A DNA stretch of 64,000 nt from Tubiluchus corallicola (taxonomy: Eukaryota > Animalia > Priapulida). Below, piece by piece: positions 36,701 through 45,123 of the stretch (position 1 is its first letter; the number at the start of each line of letters is the position of its first letter). The position numbers were made by a program, and so were the translations under genes. The stretch covers positions 100,692 to 164,691 of the forward strand of contig JAQGDQ010000381.1 of assembly GCA_030141605.1 (NCBI GenBank). The letters are read 5' to 3'. A model generated the notes under the pieces. It was given only the letters and a program-made list of their open reading frames with translations. It searched no databases and was not told where the DNA came from.

Positions 36701-39700
36701 CTTAATAACGCTGATTGACCGTCTGATCACTTAGTCATCTTAATGAATATTCAGCTTCTCAATGCAGTGGGATGTGACCAACAACTGGCTGGTCACCCCC
36801 AGTACAATTTCTCACCCTGCGCAAGTCCTGGCTAGACTGTAGACGCTCTTTTATTTGCATTATTGACCCCTTAAACACCACTGACAAAACCTTGTAAAGT
36901 CTGTATCAGACCCACAAGCGAACCCATATGAAAACACTATATGTATTGATAGTCATTGGTTTTCGACGCACGGTTGGTCACAGGGTCATAGGACAGTGAC
37001 CGATGGTCATAATCAGCAAACTTGACCAGAGATAGTTCTGGCCAAGTACTGAAACCCATTGATTTTGGGTCGAAAGGTCAAAGGTGAAGGTCACAAAGTG
37101 AAAAAATGTCAAAATAAATTTTTGCTCATGACGACTACACGTTGAGGTCACCATGTGTGTCAAACCTCTGTTGAGTGCCCCCATACGGGTCACCATGTGG
37201 GTCAGACATCTATCAAGTGCCCCCATTCTAGTTGATTATAAGAATACTAAGCTAAAATAAAGAAAGGTCAGCTTCATAGTTGCGTTGTTTATTTTTCGTT
37301 CATACAGACTGGAGTTTGGTCAAGTGAAAGTGAAAACTCGTCAAGCTGTGAGACAGACGATGAAAATTCCGTTGATATGAAGGACGGCGACAACGAAGAG
37401 CAATTGCTGAACAGCAAACAAAACCTTGCCTCTCCAGACACTAATGCAGCCTTAAAAGAATTCGTAGAAACTTCAACTGATGCAGATCAAACGGTAAAGA
37501 ACTTGAACTGCCCTGAAAATATAGAACTTAATGCAGATGTAACGGGAAGGCTAAGAAAATCCAGGTCTCAGCAAAGTCACCGTGGCAACCGAGCTTCAGA
37601 GATGCACGAAAACTTAAAGGGCAGAGGACGTCATAAAAAACGAAAAATTTCTCCGGAGTCTGTTCATTCGCCGAAGCGTCAAGAAGTCGCTGCACCATTA
37701 GTTTCATCGGCAAAATCTCAGCAATCTAACCGTCCTACCTTGACGACGACGTCGAATCCCAGACACGGCGCGAAAGCCGCCGCATCGTCCGCTAAGACGT
37801 CTTTGAGTAAAAGCTTACCTGTTTTAGCAAGAGTCGTCAACATGCCTAAGCAAACCGTCAGCAACTCGCAAGGAGTGGTGATGGTAAAATTATGTGCCGG
37901 AAGTAAAGTGATTGGGAGTGTACCGCTGACGGCATTGCAGGGTGCTGGAGCAAAGGAAAAAACTACGAGCTTCCAGAGCGGTGGAGCGAAGCAAAAAACT
38001 ACCAGCTTCTCTTTGCCGCAGTCTGCTCAAGTACCGGCCAATAGCGTGACAGCTAGAATGGTAAATGCCAACGTAAAAGATAACTTGTTCACAAACGTAG
38101 AAGATAAACAGAAAGCAGTCTCGCCTGATACAGAGAACGATCATAAAGATGAAACAGGTAAAGGACCTGCAATGAATACTGCCAATGTTATCTATGGGAC
38201 TATAGATGGTGAAAAATTTTTGCTAGTGCCTGGTCCTGCTACATCAGTTCACAGGACTGGTTCACCTGTTCTTAATAAAAACTATGGTGTCACCAATTCA
38301 AATAGAGTATTTGACTCTGCTAGTCACAAGCTTGAAAAATCACACGGAGCATGCTCAGAATTGAATAAAGCCGGTGCCGTTACCGCAGAAGTTTCGCCTT
38401 TACCGCATACTCAAACTAGTGATGTGAAACCGAGTACAAAAAACAGCGAAGGTGCTGAAGCTGCGCAGAGGAGCATTCCGTTCATCATCTTAAATGGAAC
38501 TTCTTCGCCTGTAGGAGGTTCAAAAGAAGCCGCACGGCTTCTAAAGCCTTCGCAGACGTCTCTCTTGTCGGGTGGTGATCATCCGCGGCCACTTTTGCTG
38601 CGTTTCCTTCCGCAAACGGTGACACGTATGCCCTCTCCCGTCACCTCTACGGCTTCCGGAAAGTTTCAAACGATGCCTGTCACTGTTTCAGGCCTGAGGA
38701 ATTCGGCTCCTAGACTCTTATTACCATTGCAGGTGGTGCGAAAAAGTACTCACCCCGCACACCAGATCCAGAAGATTAACCTTAACACAACCTCATCACA
38801 ATTATTTTGCTCCACAGATCTCATAGGTCAACCGCAACCGCTAATACCTGTACTTCCTCAAGCGACTTCGGTAGACGGTCACCGAAAAATGACCACTGCC
38901 AACCCTTCTTCGGTCATTGAGGAAAATTTGTTAAATGTTGTTAATAACTGCAATCATGAGTCGAAAACTGCAATTTCACAAAATCTAACTCAAACTACGC
39001 ATGCATTAGGCAGAAACGAGACCATTGACACACAGGATGTAAGAAAAACCATCTCCTGTTTGTCGGCACCCGGTCAGATCACTTGTAACAAACCAGCGTC
39101 TGACGTCAACACCACTGTGTCCTCAAACTGTGGTACTTCAGTCAATATTAATGCTTTTACTAGCCCTGTGAAAGCTGTGCGGTTTGTCAACTTTGACGTT
39201 CAGAAATTACCGTATCTCAGCACTGTTGCATCTACAGAGAAACTAGCACAAACAGCAGTTGGTGTCAAGCAGCAGATGATGGTCACAAACAAGCCTGGCT
39301 TTGTGGTGTCAAGTCTTTACAGCAATAATGAGGCTGAAGCAAAACATACAAACGATTTTATGTCGGTTTCTGCGATAAACGCGTTGCCTACCAGCTGTTC
39401 TTTGCAGGTGAACGCTATTCCAAGTGCAGTGACTCAGCAGGTGAACGCTATTCCAAGTGCAGTGACTCAGCAGGTGAACGCTATTCCAAGTGCAGTGACT
39501 CAGCAGGTGAACGCTATTCCAAGTGCAGTGACTCAGCAGGTGAACGCTATTCCAAGTGCAGTGACTCAGCAGGCGAATGCTATTCCAAGTGCAGTGACTC
39601 AGCAGGTGAACGCTATTCCAAGTGCAGTGACTCAGCAGGTGAACGCTATTCCAAGTGCAGTGACTCAGCAGGTGAACGCTATTCCAAGTGCAGTGACTCA

Positions 39701-40076
39701 GCAGGTTGTTGTTCAACAACCTGTAACACACTCAGGTACAAACCACTGCAATAAACCTGCCAATAACTTCGATGCACACGTACAAAATGCACAATTAATG
39801 CTAATATCACCTGCTACGTCACCCGTTCGTGTCTCAAAACCAAATTTGCTTAGAATGGACGTCCCACTGAACGTCAAAACTCGCGTTCCCATCATTCTGC
39901 GGCAAAGCAGTAACGGAGTGTCGCGTCTTTCGACCATACCTCGACAAGGAGCACAAAATCTCCAGGATCAGCGTGTTTTCTTACGCCTGCCTGTGCAAGT
40001 GATAAGACCGAGTACGACGAGTTGTTTGCCAAGCAGTGAAATAACTGTAACTTCTGCAAGCTCTAGTGTTAATTAA
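9697..40076 (+). CDS. BRD10: KIAA2026/BRD10-like bromodomain protein, whole gene, 15 coding exons, about 1825 aa
   Basis: join(9697-9774,11019-11235,12283-12451,14185-14258,16051-16166,16745-16855,16959-17119,22062-22170,23477-23522,25181-25272,26882-27112,30021-30128,31085-32119,32693-32854,37308-40076) = 5478 nt, all GT-AG with consistent phases. Motifs LQQGYRIL, FVSDFRLMIENC, LEQKLALL, LREKTTI, WEIP.I.HF, YELER, HFPQFCG and LKKDYD match remembered KIAA2026. Confidence 0.9.
10450..10719. mobile_element. hAT (Charlie-like) MITE, complete
   Basis: TIRs CAGGGGTGTGCAAA / TTTGCACACCCCTG; perfect 8-bp TSD GTTTACAT. Confidence 0.92.
11019..11235 (+). CDS. BRD10: BRD10-like exon 2 (bromodomain N-half)
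   Basis: TTCCAG|IRKLVDD...LQQGYRILRELM...YTSKVKKPMYLMK A|GTATGA. Confidence 0.9.
11260..11525. mobile_element. pogo/Tigger-like MITE, followed by a partial second copy to about 11735
   Basis: TA|CAGCATGTCCTCACTTAATG ... CATTAAGCGAGGACTTACTG|TA. Confidence 0.75.
11742..12159. mobile_element. Truncated copy of the hAT MITE at 4595-5117, opposite orientation
   Basis: Starts CAGGGATGAGAATTT; colinear reverse complement of about 4695-5117. Confidence 0.88.
12283..12451 (+). CDS. BRD10: BRD10-like exon 3 (bromodomain C-half)
   Basis: MREKFEERVYETITQFVSDFRLMIENCLRFNGPDHHLSKKAQRLNTILEQKLALLN; canonical splice sites. Confidence 0.93.
12590..12720 (-). mobile_element. LINE ORF2 3'-end relic
   Basis: FFHRASYLWNSLPKKCFPKNYSLNQF matches the FF.R...WNSLP C-terminal motif of CR1/L2-group LINEs. 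Confidence 0.6.
13070..13729. mobile_element. Unclassified MITE with about 40-bp TIRs
   Basis: ATATGTGCGCTTGCAAACCAAAACCGTCCATAAG versus CTTATGGATGATTTTGCTGTGCAAGCACACATAT; second copy at 45288-45866. Confidence 0.75.
14185..14258 (+). CDS. BRD10: BRD10-like exon 4
   Basis: (W)ELREKTTIEATSTVDTRGPPKSLF G|GTAAGC. Confidence 0.9.
14396..15950. repeat. 82-bp tandem array, about 19 copies, BRD10 intron 4
   Basis: Unit GGCTGTGTTAGTTTAACTGCATGAACTTTGCCAGGGTTTGCAGAGTCAAGGTGTTATCGGACCCCGTTACAGTTAGCTAACG. Confidence 0.97.
16051..16166 (+). CDS. BRD10: BRD10-like exon 5
   Basis: EQFSGLRRRAKAIIPNDNARLLKQLREEEAENRKLQRLQ|GTGTGT. Confidence 0.88.
16300..16674. mobile_element. PIF/Harbinger-like MITE, copy 1 of 3
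   Basis: Ends TGTGAAAAGGCTTA; internal inverted repeat AAAGGTTAAGTGTA / TACACTTAACCTTT; relatives at 36455-36704 and 46613-46920. Confidence 0.7.
16745..16855 (+). CDS. BRD10: BRD10-like exon 6
   Basis: GIEEKRKATEAFEKTVIEWENNLLKDPIRTWLMTSWE|GTTGGT. Confidence 0.9.
16959..17119 (+). CDS. BRD10: BRD10-like exon 7 (DDT-like segment)
   Basis: IPQINHFFYLTQEALNLPLINHYELERSFLIPRESALFAMIMTTLLSTPSKRP AG|GTATGC. Confidence 0.93.
17114..19840. repeat. 29-bp tandem array, about 94 copies, starting at the exon 7 donor
   Basis: Unit GTATGCCTTATCGTTAATCTCTTTCCAAG; the first TCCAAG|GTATGC is the real exon/intron junction. Confidence 0.98.
20455..21945. repeat. 60-bp tandem array, about 25 copies, BRD10 intron 7
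   Basis: Unit GAGCTAGCTGATTTACTGTGTGAGTCAGCTGATGTAGTAGCAACTTACTCAGCTTCAGTC. Confidence 0.95.
22062..22170 (+). CDS. BRD10: BRD10-like exon 8
   Basis: (R)LDKKPPMPYRIWSKRLKAKVSRWYKVLKDRGYDKLK|GTATCC. Confidence 0.92.
22797..23420 (-). mobile_element. Possible LINE 3'-end relic with (TAA)n tail
   Basis: (TTA)n tract at about 22797-22818 and a GTGGGCT...AGCCCAC stem at 22921-22954; no clear protein motif. Confidence 0.3.
23477..23522 (+). CDS. BRD10: BRD10-like exon 9
   Basis: ASQKFGFDPRIFDVL G|GTAGAA. Confidence 0.88.
24400..25118. repeat. 81-bp tandem array, about 9 copies, BRD10 intron 9
   Basis: CCTAGCAAATGCACTC... recurs at 24400, 24481, 24562 and onward. Confidence 0.96.
25181..25272 (+). 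CDS. BRD10: BRD10-like exon 10 (WHIM1-like)
   Basis: (G)FTNPLEQCEFHELSYMQRVWIVKCLCDYCL|GTAAGT. Confidence 0.93.
25680..26405. mobile_element. TTAA-flanked piggyBac-like MITE, complete
   Basis: TTAA|CTCCTTCAAGAC ... GTCCTGAAGGAG|TTAA; inverted relatives at 32280-32620 and 40120-40740. Confidence 0.85.
26505..26830 (-). mobile_element. CR1 LINE ORF2 3'-end relic
   Basis: Minus translation LTYLERLKYCNLKMPELIRHRGD...YKIL and FSVRVVN, like the CR1 SYEERL...RR.RGDL..YKI...FS.RVVN motif. Confidence 0.7.
26882..27112 (+). CDS. BRD10: BRD10-like exon 11 (WHIM2-like)
   Basis: EHHVSVYDAIAAWDLPDQRELVLGNDERGNTFIHFPQFCGDCLRVYKQ...VPEEP|GTAAGC. Confidence 0.93.
27183..28057. repeat. G/T-rich 24-bp array grading into a 47-bp dimeric repeat
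   Basis: GGGGTGTAGTGGCTTCCGTAGAGT units at left; 47-bp period at right (27901, 27948). Confidence 0.92.
28410..29019. repeat. 21-bp tandem array, about 29 copies
   Basis: Unit AATGGCAAGCAGTTGAATGTY. Confidence 0.97.
29047..29867. mobile_element. pogo/Tigger-like MITE, old
   Basis: TA|CAGTCAAGCCTCG ... CGTAGGCCTTAACTG|TA, degenerate TIRs. Confidence 0.55.
30021..30128 (+). CDS. BRD10: BRD10-like exon 12
   Basis: TTTCAG|EEAVDVVSPSPSKCRKSNPVIDSPTLSRVRPSRLRQ|GTACAG; phase 0-0. Confidence 0.8.
30185..30601. mobile_element. hAT-like MITE with TTCGAA-rich subtermini
   Basis: TAGGGCTGAGCAT ... ACGCTCACCCCTA; TSD degenerate. Confidence 0.65.
30639..30980. repeat. 47-bp tandem array, about 7 copies, BRD10 intron 12
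   Basis: Unit GGTGAGTGATATGCACCGCTTCCAGTGTCTCCATGCTTCCACCTGAA. Confidence 0.95.
31085..32119 (+). CDS. BRD10: BRD10-like exon 13 (basic NLS-like stretch, WHIM3-like end)
   Basis: 345-codon exon within ORF 31079-32152; ends DFVMVAEDVEQLRSLAKKF...KKTRKR|GTAAGT. Confidence 0.9.
32280..32620. mobile_element. Two partial ends of the piggyBac-like MITE family, inverted relative to 25680-26405
   Basis: TTAA|CTCCTCCAGGACCGCACCATT at 32280 and TTAA|CTCTTTTAAGACCGCACCATT at about 32396; the second aligns to the reverse complement of about 26160-26405. Confidence 0.75.
32693..32854 (+). CDS. BRD10: BRD10-like exon 14
   Basis: LQKQKPCIAELYERLHNMLIELSPFEHKLLQAARRARHKLKKDYDLWQTKGDAK|GTTTGT; exact acceptor ambiguous among in-frame AGs. 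Confidence 0.88.
32929..36432. repeat. 44/41-bp tandem array, about 80 copies, BRD10 intron 14
   Basis: Unit GTCCTTCTTCTACAGAAATTRCCAAGCTGTTGTGTTACTGGGGT; 41-bp variants lack one TTC. Confidence 0.98.
36455..36704. mobile_element. PIF/Harbinger-like MITE, copy 2 (internally deleted)
   Basis: GGCTTTCCACAGTTTCA ... TGAAACTGTGAAAAGGCTTA; homologous to 16300-16674. Confidence 0.7.
36960..37232 (+). mobile_element. Non-autonomous Helentron-like element
   Basis: Starts in a T-tract, carries the AAAGGTCAAAGGTGAAGGTCAC core seen in such elements, ends ATTCTAGTT. Confidence 0.5.
37308..40076 (+). CDS. BRD10: BRD10-like exon 15 (long S/T/Q/V-rich low-complexity C-terminus, stop codon)
   Basis: ATACAG|TGVWSSESE... 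in frame with the 899-aa ORF 37377-40076. Confidence 0.88.
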   Translation, partial: TGVWSSESENSSSCETDDENSVDMKDGDNEEQLLNSKQNLASPDTNAALKEFVETSTDADQTVKNLNCPENIELNADVTGRLRKSRSQQSHRGNRASEMHENLKGRGRHKKRKISPESVHSPKRQEVAAPLVSSAKSQQSNRPTLTTTSNPRHGAKAAASSAKTSLSKSLPVLARVVNMPKQTVSNSQGVVMVKLCAGSKVIGSVPLTALQGAGAKEKTTSFQSGGAKQKTTSFSLPQSAQVPANSVTARMVNANVKDNLFTNVEDKQKAVSPDTENDHKDETGKGPAMNTANVIYGTIDGEKFLLVPGPATSVHRTGSPVLNKNYGVTNSNRVFDSASHKLEKSHGACSELNKAGAVTAEVSPLPHTQTSDVKPSTKNSEGAEAAQRSIPFIILNGTSSPVGGSKEAARLLKPSQTSLLSGGDHPRPLLLRFLPQTVTRMPSPVTSTASGKFQTMPVTVSGLRNSAPRLLLPLQVVRKSTHPAHQIQKINLNTTSSQLFCSTDLIGQPQPLIPVLPQATSVDGHRKMTTANPSSVIEENLLNVVNNCNHESKTAISQNLTQTTHALGRNETIDTQDVRKTISCLSAPGQITCNKPASDVNTTVSSNCGTSVNINAFTSPVKAVRFVNFDVQKLPYLSTVASTEKLAQTAVGVKQQMMVTNKPGFVVSSLYSNNEAEAKHTNDFMSVSAINALPTSCSLQVNAIPSAVTQQVNAIPSAVTQQVNAIPSAVTQQVNAIPSAVTQQVNAIPSAVTQQANAIPSAVTQQVNAIPSAVTQQVNAIPSAVTQQVNAIPSAVTQQVVVQQPVTHSGTNHCNKPANNFDAHVQNAQLMLISPATSPVRVSKPNLLRMDVPLNVKTRVPIILRQSSNGVSRLSTIPRQGAQNLQDQRVFLRLPVQVIRPSTTSCLPSSEITVTSASSSVN
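39404..39706 (+). repeat. Coding 33-bp repeat x9 (QVNAIPSAVTQ)
   Basis: Unit GCAGGTGAACGCTATTCCAAGTGCAGTGACTCA, nearly perfect. Confidence 0.97.
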
Positions 40077-40119
40077 CCTAATTAACCTAATTGACCTAAG
40101 AGTTACTATCATTGTTTAA

Positions 40120-40740
40120 CTCCCTCAGGACTGCACCGTTCTGAAAAGGTCTTATAAGACCCATGACTTTTCAGTGTGAGCCCAGACATAACTAAATTAT
40201 TGCAAATTAGGTACTGCTCTATTCAGGAGAATCTCGGCTATCCAATCAGGCTATTTGTTTAAGCATTTATAAGTGGTCTAATTGGGTAAAACTAAGAAAA
40301 ACACGCATTTTCAGGCTTAGTCTGGTGTACACTTGTGTGAAAAACTAACCGATCAGCCAAGGAGAAATCAAGGTCGTTTCATCTTTTAACAGGAATTTCT
40401 CCTTAAAAATAAAGTAGATTTGAGATCAGTTTATCAGAGTGTTGTGTCTGGATAGTTGAAATTTTCTGCATTAGCTGATTTCACACAAGTGATACTGTAC
40501 TTTGTTACCATGCAAACACTGCAGTTACTGAAAGCTTTTTTTCAATTTTTTTCTTCAGAAATCTATTTTTACTTCGTCTGAGGTAAGCAAATGCATTTCA
40601 TATATAATTTTGCATGAAAATCCATTCTGTGTGGTGTAGAGACCTATAAAAATTGTGAAATATAACATAATCCCTGCTTAGTGCGAGCAGTTTTGATGAA
40701 GCCATGCAAAATGCAGTAAAGTCTTACAGTCCTGAAGCAG
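40120..40740. mobile_element. piggyBac-like MITE starting 44 bp after the BRD10 stop codon
   Basis: TTAA|CTCCCTCAGGAC ... GTCCTGAAGCAG|TTAA; reverse complement of 25680-26405. Confidence 0.85.
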
Positions 40741-42365
40741 TTAAACGTTTAAAAACCCCAGAACTTATCTGAAGGGTTCCTATCATGCTTTGCTTTCATG
40801 CTACCCACTAATTTGTGAGTAACAAGAGGCTCCATCTTTCTTCATAAAACCCATTGTTTCAGCCCATTGTTGGTGATGTCATCCGTATTGTTCATGACAA
40901 TTGTCTTGCTTTGTTTTTTTTACATTGTCCACAATAATGAAAAATAACAATTGCTGTCGACTCAAAAGTGTGATTTTATGTTTCCTTATAAATCTTATTG
41001 TGATCACATTAGCATAAATCTTATTGTGATCCTAATGTGAACCGGTACATGAGAATTCATGACTCGCTCAGTGAGATTTACTTTAGTATCTTAAAGATGG
41101 TTGTGATAATTGATAAAAATTGTGAGCTGATCCTTTTCAAATTTCAACAATTTTCTTTTTATCCTTCCGGCAAATGCTTTAATATCCATGTATAGATAAA
41201 ACCCCTTCATTGTTGGTTTTTATTGTATAGCTTTTCAATGTTTGTTTTATGTATTTTTTTATTTTATTTAGCATGTTACTCGGTGTTGTTTTATACAATT
41301 ATGCAAAAGTAATTGAGAAGGCATAGAGCAAAATTAAACTATGTTCTGAACTTATATAAAGTTTTTACACATCCTAATTAGTTTCTTTGCTCAGTTTCTA
41401 TGTGCATACAACCAGTTTTGTTTATTAAATAGTCGCGATTGTGCCATGCCAGGTGATCGGGAATACTCGAGGGGGTCAGAAAGCTTGAAAAGACCCCAGC
41501 ATGAAACTTAATCCATATTCTGCTTCCTACGATCAATGATGGCGTTAATATTTGCACTACGAAACGAGGTCTAGCATTACTACACCTGTTTCATTTCTAT
41601 CAGGTTTTTGTTCTACAAATATATCAATCCGCCAATCGTCCAAAAAGTTTCATTTTACAACCATGTCCTTGGCAAGAAGTCATGATGATAAAATGGTATA
41701 CATTATGTATATAATATTATGCAAAGTTGGTATTTTTCTATTGACAAACAGACATATCAAACAGTTGAATTACTGTACTACTTGTCAAATTCAAATTGTT
41801 TAAGACAATTTTAAACTATAATAGAAATGTTAGTCTCATTCTTACCTACAACTAATATATAGTTCATTTGTATTTACCGTTAAAATTATATTACTGTATT
41901 AGTTATCTATGAAAAATTAACAGGAAAAATAAATTTGTATAGATTACAATCAAAGTGTTATTTATTCTATGTAATGTTGTATAGATTACAATCAAAGTGT
42001 TATTTATTATGTGTAATGTTGTAAATAGGTTTTATAATTAAGTAAGAATCCTGCTTTATTTTAAAAACATTCTTACATAATTATTATTTACTTTATTAGC
42101 AAAACCTTGAGGTAAGCAAGAAAATAATTAAAAAAATGGTAAAAGAATGTGAGAATGTTGACACAGAAAAATCTCTTGGCACTTTCAAATGAATATAGTT
42201 CAACAAAACAACGTTCAGGAGCTTAAAAATCTCATTAATAAAAACTTAGCATCGTTACAAACAAAAACAAAAATATTGCACAAAAATTGACTAGAACAGA
42301 CCCTCAAATAAAACAACAATGTGCTGAATTACGAACAACTACACAAGTTGAATTATTTACATGCT

Positions 42366-42652
42366 ATACACAAGTGCTTCCACCTGTTGACTGAAAAACG
42401 AAGTATTCTTCATACAACTATTAATACACGAGTGCTTCCTCCTGTTGACTGAAAAAAGAAGTATTTTCATACACCTATTAATACACGAGTGCTTCCTCCT
42501 GTTGACTGAAAAATGAAGTATTCTTCACACAACTATTAATACATGAGTGCTTCCTCCTGTTGACTGAAAAACGAAGTATTTTCATACACCTATTAATACA
42601 TGAGTGCTTCCTCCTGTTGACTAAAAAACGAAGTATTTTTCATACACCTATC
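42366..42652. repeat. 57-58-bp tandem array, 5 copies
   Basis: GAGTGCTTCCTCCTGTTGACTGAAAAA recurs at about 42430, 42487, 42545, 42602. Confidence 0.92.
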
Positions 42653-43873
42653 AATAAAGACAACTATCCATAATTTCACTATACCAACATCATATAATGC
42701 CCTGCTCATATAACGTGTCTAATTTCTATTTTACAAGCTATAAAAATTTATTGAATAAGTTAAAGGGATTCATATCGAATAAGATAGTGTTTTTTCCAAA
42801 GTTGTGTAGCGGTTATAAACATTGAGATGATACAGCTGAGTATTGTACAGTATATGCAAAGCAGCTTGATGATCAACTGGAATAAAAAATTTACCTCCAA
42901 TAAACATATTAACATCGAGATTCGTGATACATACCAAGAGTGCATAAATGTATCAAAACCAACACTATGTTTAGATTACATCTTGGACATCACATTACAG
43001 CTATCTATCTATATTAAATACTTATTTCTTTATACATACATTGTGCATTTTGAGTCATAAAGCAGATGTCACAGTTGATTCTCAACATACGTTTTCATCA
43101 CTTTTGAGCAGTGGCGGCTTGTGTATAGATACCGCGCAGCTGCAGCACCCTATATTTTCACACGATAGTATCGATAATATTCAATATAATAAGTCTTTCT
43201 TTATACTTGTATGGTCCATGTGAGGGTAGTATAATTTGCTTCACAGCCCAGCACAGATCGCTCCAGCAACACGTTTGGCAGTTGCGCGCATGTCTGAGTC
43301 CAGGTAGAGAAAGCACTGTCACTCACACAGTTTGTTGTCAGTTGTCACGTGATTACTGCGAATGGATCAAGCTTGAACTGTGGTAATTTAGGTTATTAGT
43401 AAACAAAAAATATTTTTTGCTTAGGATTTTATCAAGTTTACGTATAAACTTTTCTATGTTTGTTTGTTTAAAATTACAATTACAAATTACAACATTAAAT
43501 TACATGTTTGTTTCACTTCACACAGTATTAAAACAATGGCTAATAATTTTCTGAAGCAGCACCCCCACTAATTTTAGCTACGAGCCGTCAATGCTTTTGA
43601 CATTAACAATGCTACAACCCCCCACCCACACTTTTCAGCAAAATCATACTAGATGGCACTGTGATCTTATTACTTTATTAAAAAAAAATTACAGGAAAAG
43701 AAACGAGAAGTTGGTTGGTCATCGTCTATCCTACAGCAGTTTCACACTCTTTCACTGAATTTTTTCATGACTTGTTAGCCTTGCCTTAGATTTTTCATGA
43801 ACTACAAAACTGAAGTGTATTCCGAGCATAAGTTTGATTTCCACCCGGTTTCTTCTCAGCGAGTCGTATGCGA

Positions 43874-44213
43874 ATTTCCAGTATTCAGTCTTTGGTAGAA
43901 CCTCGGTGTGAGATTGAACCCTTCAGCTTATGGATTAAAAGCGAGCATTGCAAGTGTAAGCATTTCCAGTATTCAGTCTTTGGTAGAAACTCGGTGTGAG
44001 ATTGAACCTTCAGCTTATGGATTAAAAGCGAGCATTGCAAGTGTAAGCATTTCCAGTATTCAGTCTTTGGTAGAACCTCGGTGTGAGATTGAACCCTTCA
44101 GCTTATAGATTAAAAGCGAACATAGCAAGTGTAAGCATTTCCAGTATTCAGTCTTTGGTAGAACCTCGGTGTGAGATTGAACCCTTCAGCTTATAGATTA
44201 AAAGCGAGCATTG
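43874..44213 (-). repeat. 88-bp tandem array, about 4 copies, probably derived from a tRNA-SINE head
   Basis: Period 87-88; minus strand reads GCTCGCTTTTAAT...GGGTTCAATCTC (B-box-like)...ACCAAAGACTG. Confidence 0.75.
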
Positions 44214-44493
44214 TAGGACTTTACATTAATTTTTGCTCCCAGCTAAAGGACAAGTGTATGCATTTACTCAGGGTACATTGCTTCTTGTACAACTGCACTG
44301 CTGTTCACACGTTTATGTTAGGCAAAACGGCAACTGTACCTTGAGGTTGCGGCTCTACTCAATTCCGTGAAAGTTTCCTGGTAATCTTGACTTCCCGTTC
44401 GTTCTCAAACCAAGAATCTCTCTCTTGCAGCGCAATAACGGAAAGCATCTATTGAAAACATTCATGTGAAAACTTTTAACAGTGAAAATCCGG

Positions 44494-45123
44494 TTAATCT
44501 TCAGCTGCGACGCTGTCCTCTCTTTTTAGCTCATCTGAAGTATCGGATTCTGCTTTAGCGCTCTCTTCCTCGCCGGGAGGGCTCACGTCTTCAAAGCTGG
44601 AAGAACTACCATTTGCGCAACTGTCACTACTCTGCGTTTCGGAAACAGGAGAACAATCGGTCTGATTGTTTGATGTTTCTGTATTTGTTAATAATTCTCT
44701 CTCTTTTTCTAATGCCGTGTCTACACTTTTAGTTTTGGAATCATTACGTCGATCATCATCATCATCTTCTATTGATTTGTGATCTTTAACATCCTCCATG
44801 GTACTGTTGCTATGCGCAGGCTCATCTAGGCTGTGATCTTTCACATCCTCCATGTTACTGTTGCTATGCACAGCCTCATCTAGGCTGTGATCTTTCACAT
44901 CCTCCATGTTACTGTTGCTATGCACAGCCTCATCTAGGATTTCCGTCTGATCACATCCTTCGATACGTTCGCGAACCTCTTCCAGCCTCTCTGTTTCGCA
45001 CGTTTCTTCGCGTTCATCTGGAGTTGGTATGTCCTCAATAAAATCGTACGTTTCTATGTCGGGACTCGATGCTGTTTGCTCTGCAGCATCCACACTTGAA
45101 GATGGATCACTAAGACTTTCACG
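44494..45123 (-). CDS. RIC3: RIC3 exon 7 (acidic tail, stop)
   Basis: TTTTAG|RESLSDPSSSVDAAEQ... in frame with ORF 44494-45093. Confidence 0.85.
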   Translation of the reverse strand, partial: RESLSDPSSSVDAAEQTASSPDIETYDFIEDIPTPDEREETCETERLEEVRERIEGCDQTEILDEAVHSNSNMEDVKDHSLDEAVHSNSNMEDVKDHSLDEPAHSNSTMEDVKDHKSIEDDDDDRRNDSKTKSVDTALEKERELLTNTETSNNQTDCSPVSETQSSDSCANGSSSSFEDVSPPGEEESAKAESDTSDELKREDSVAAED

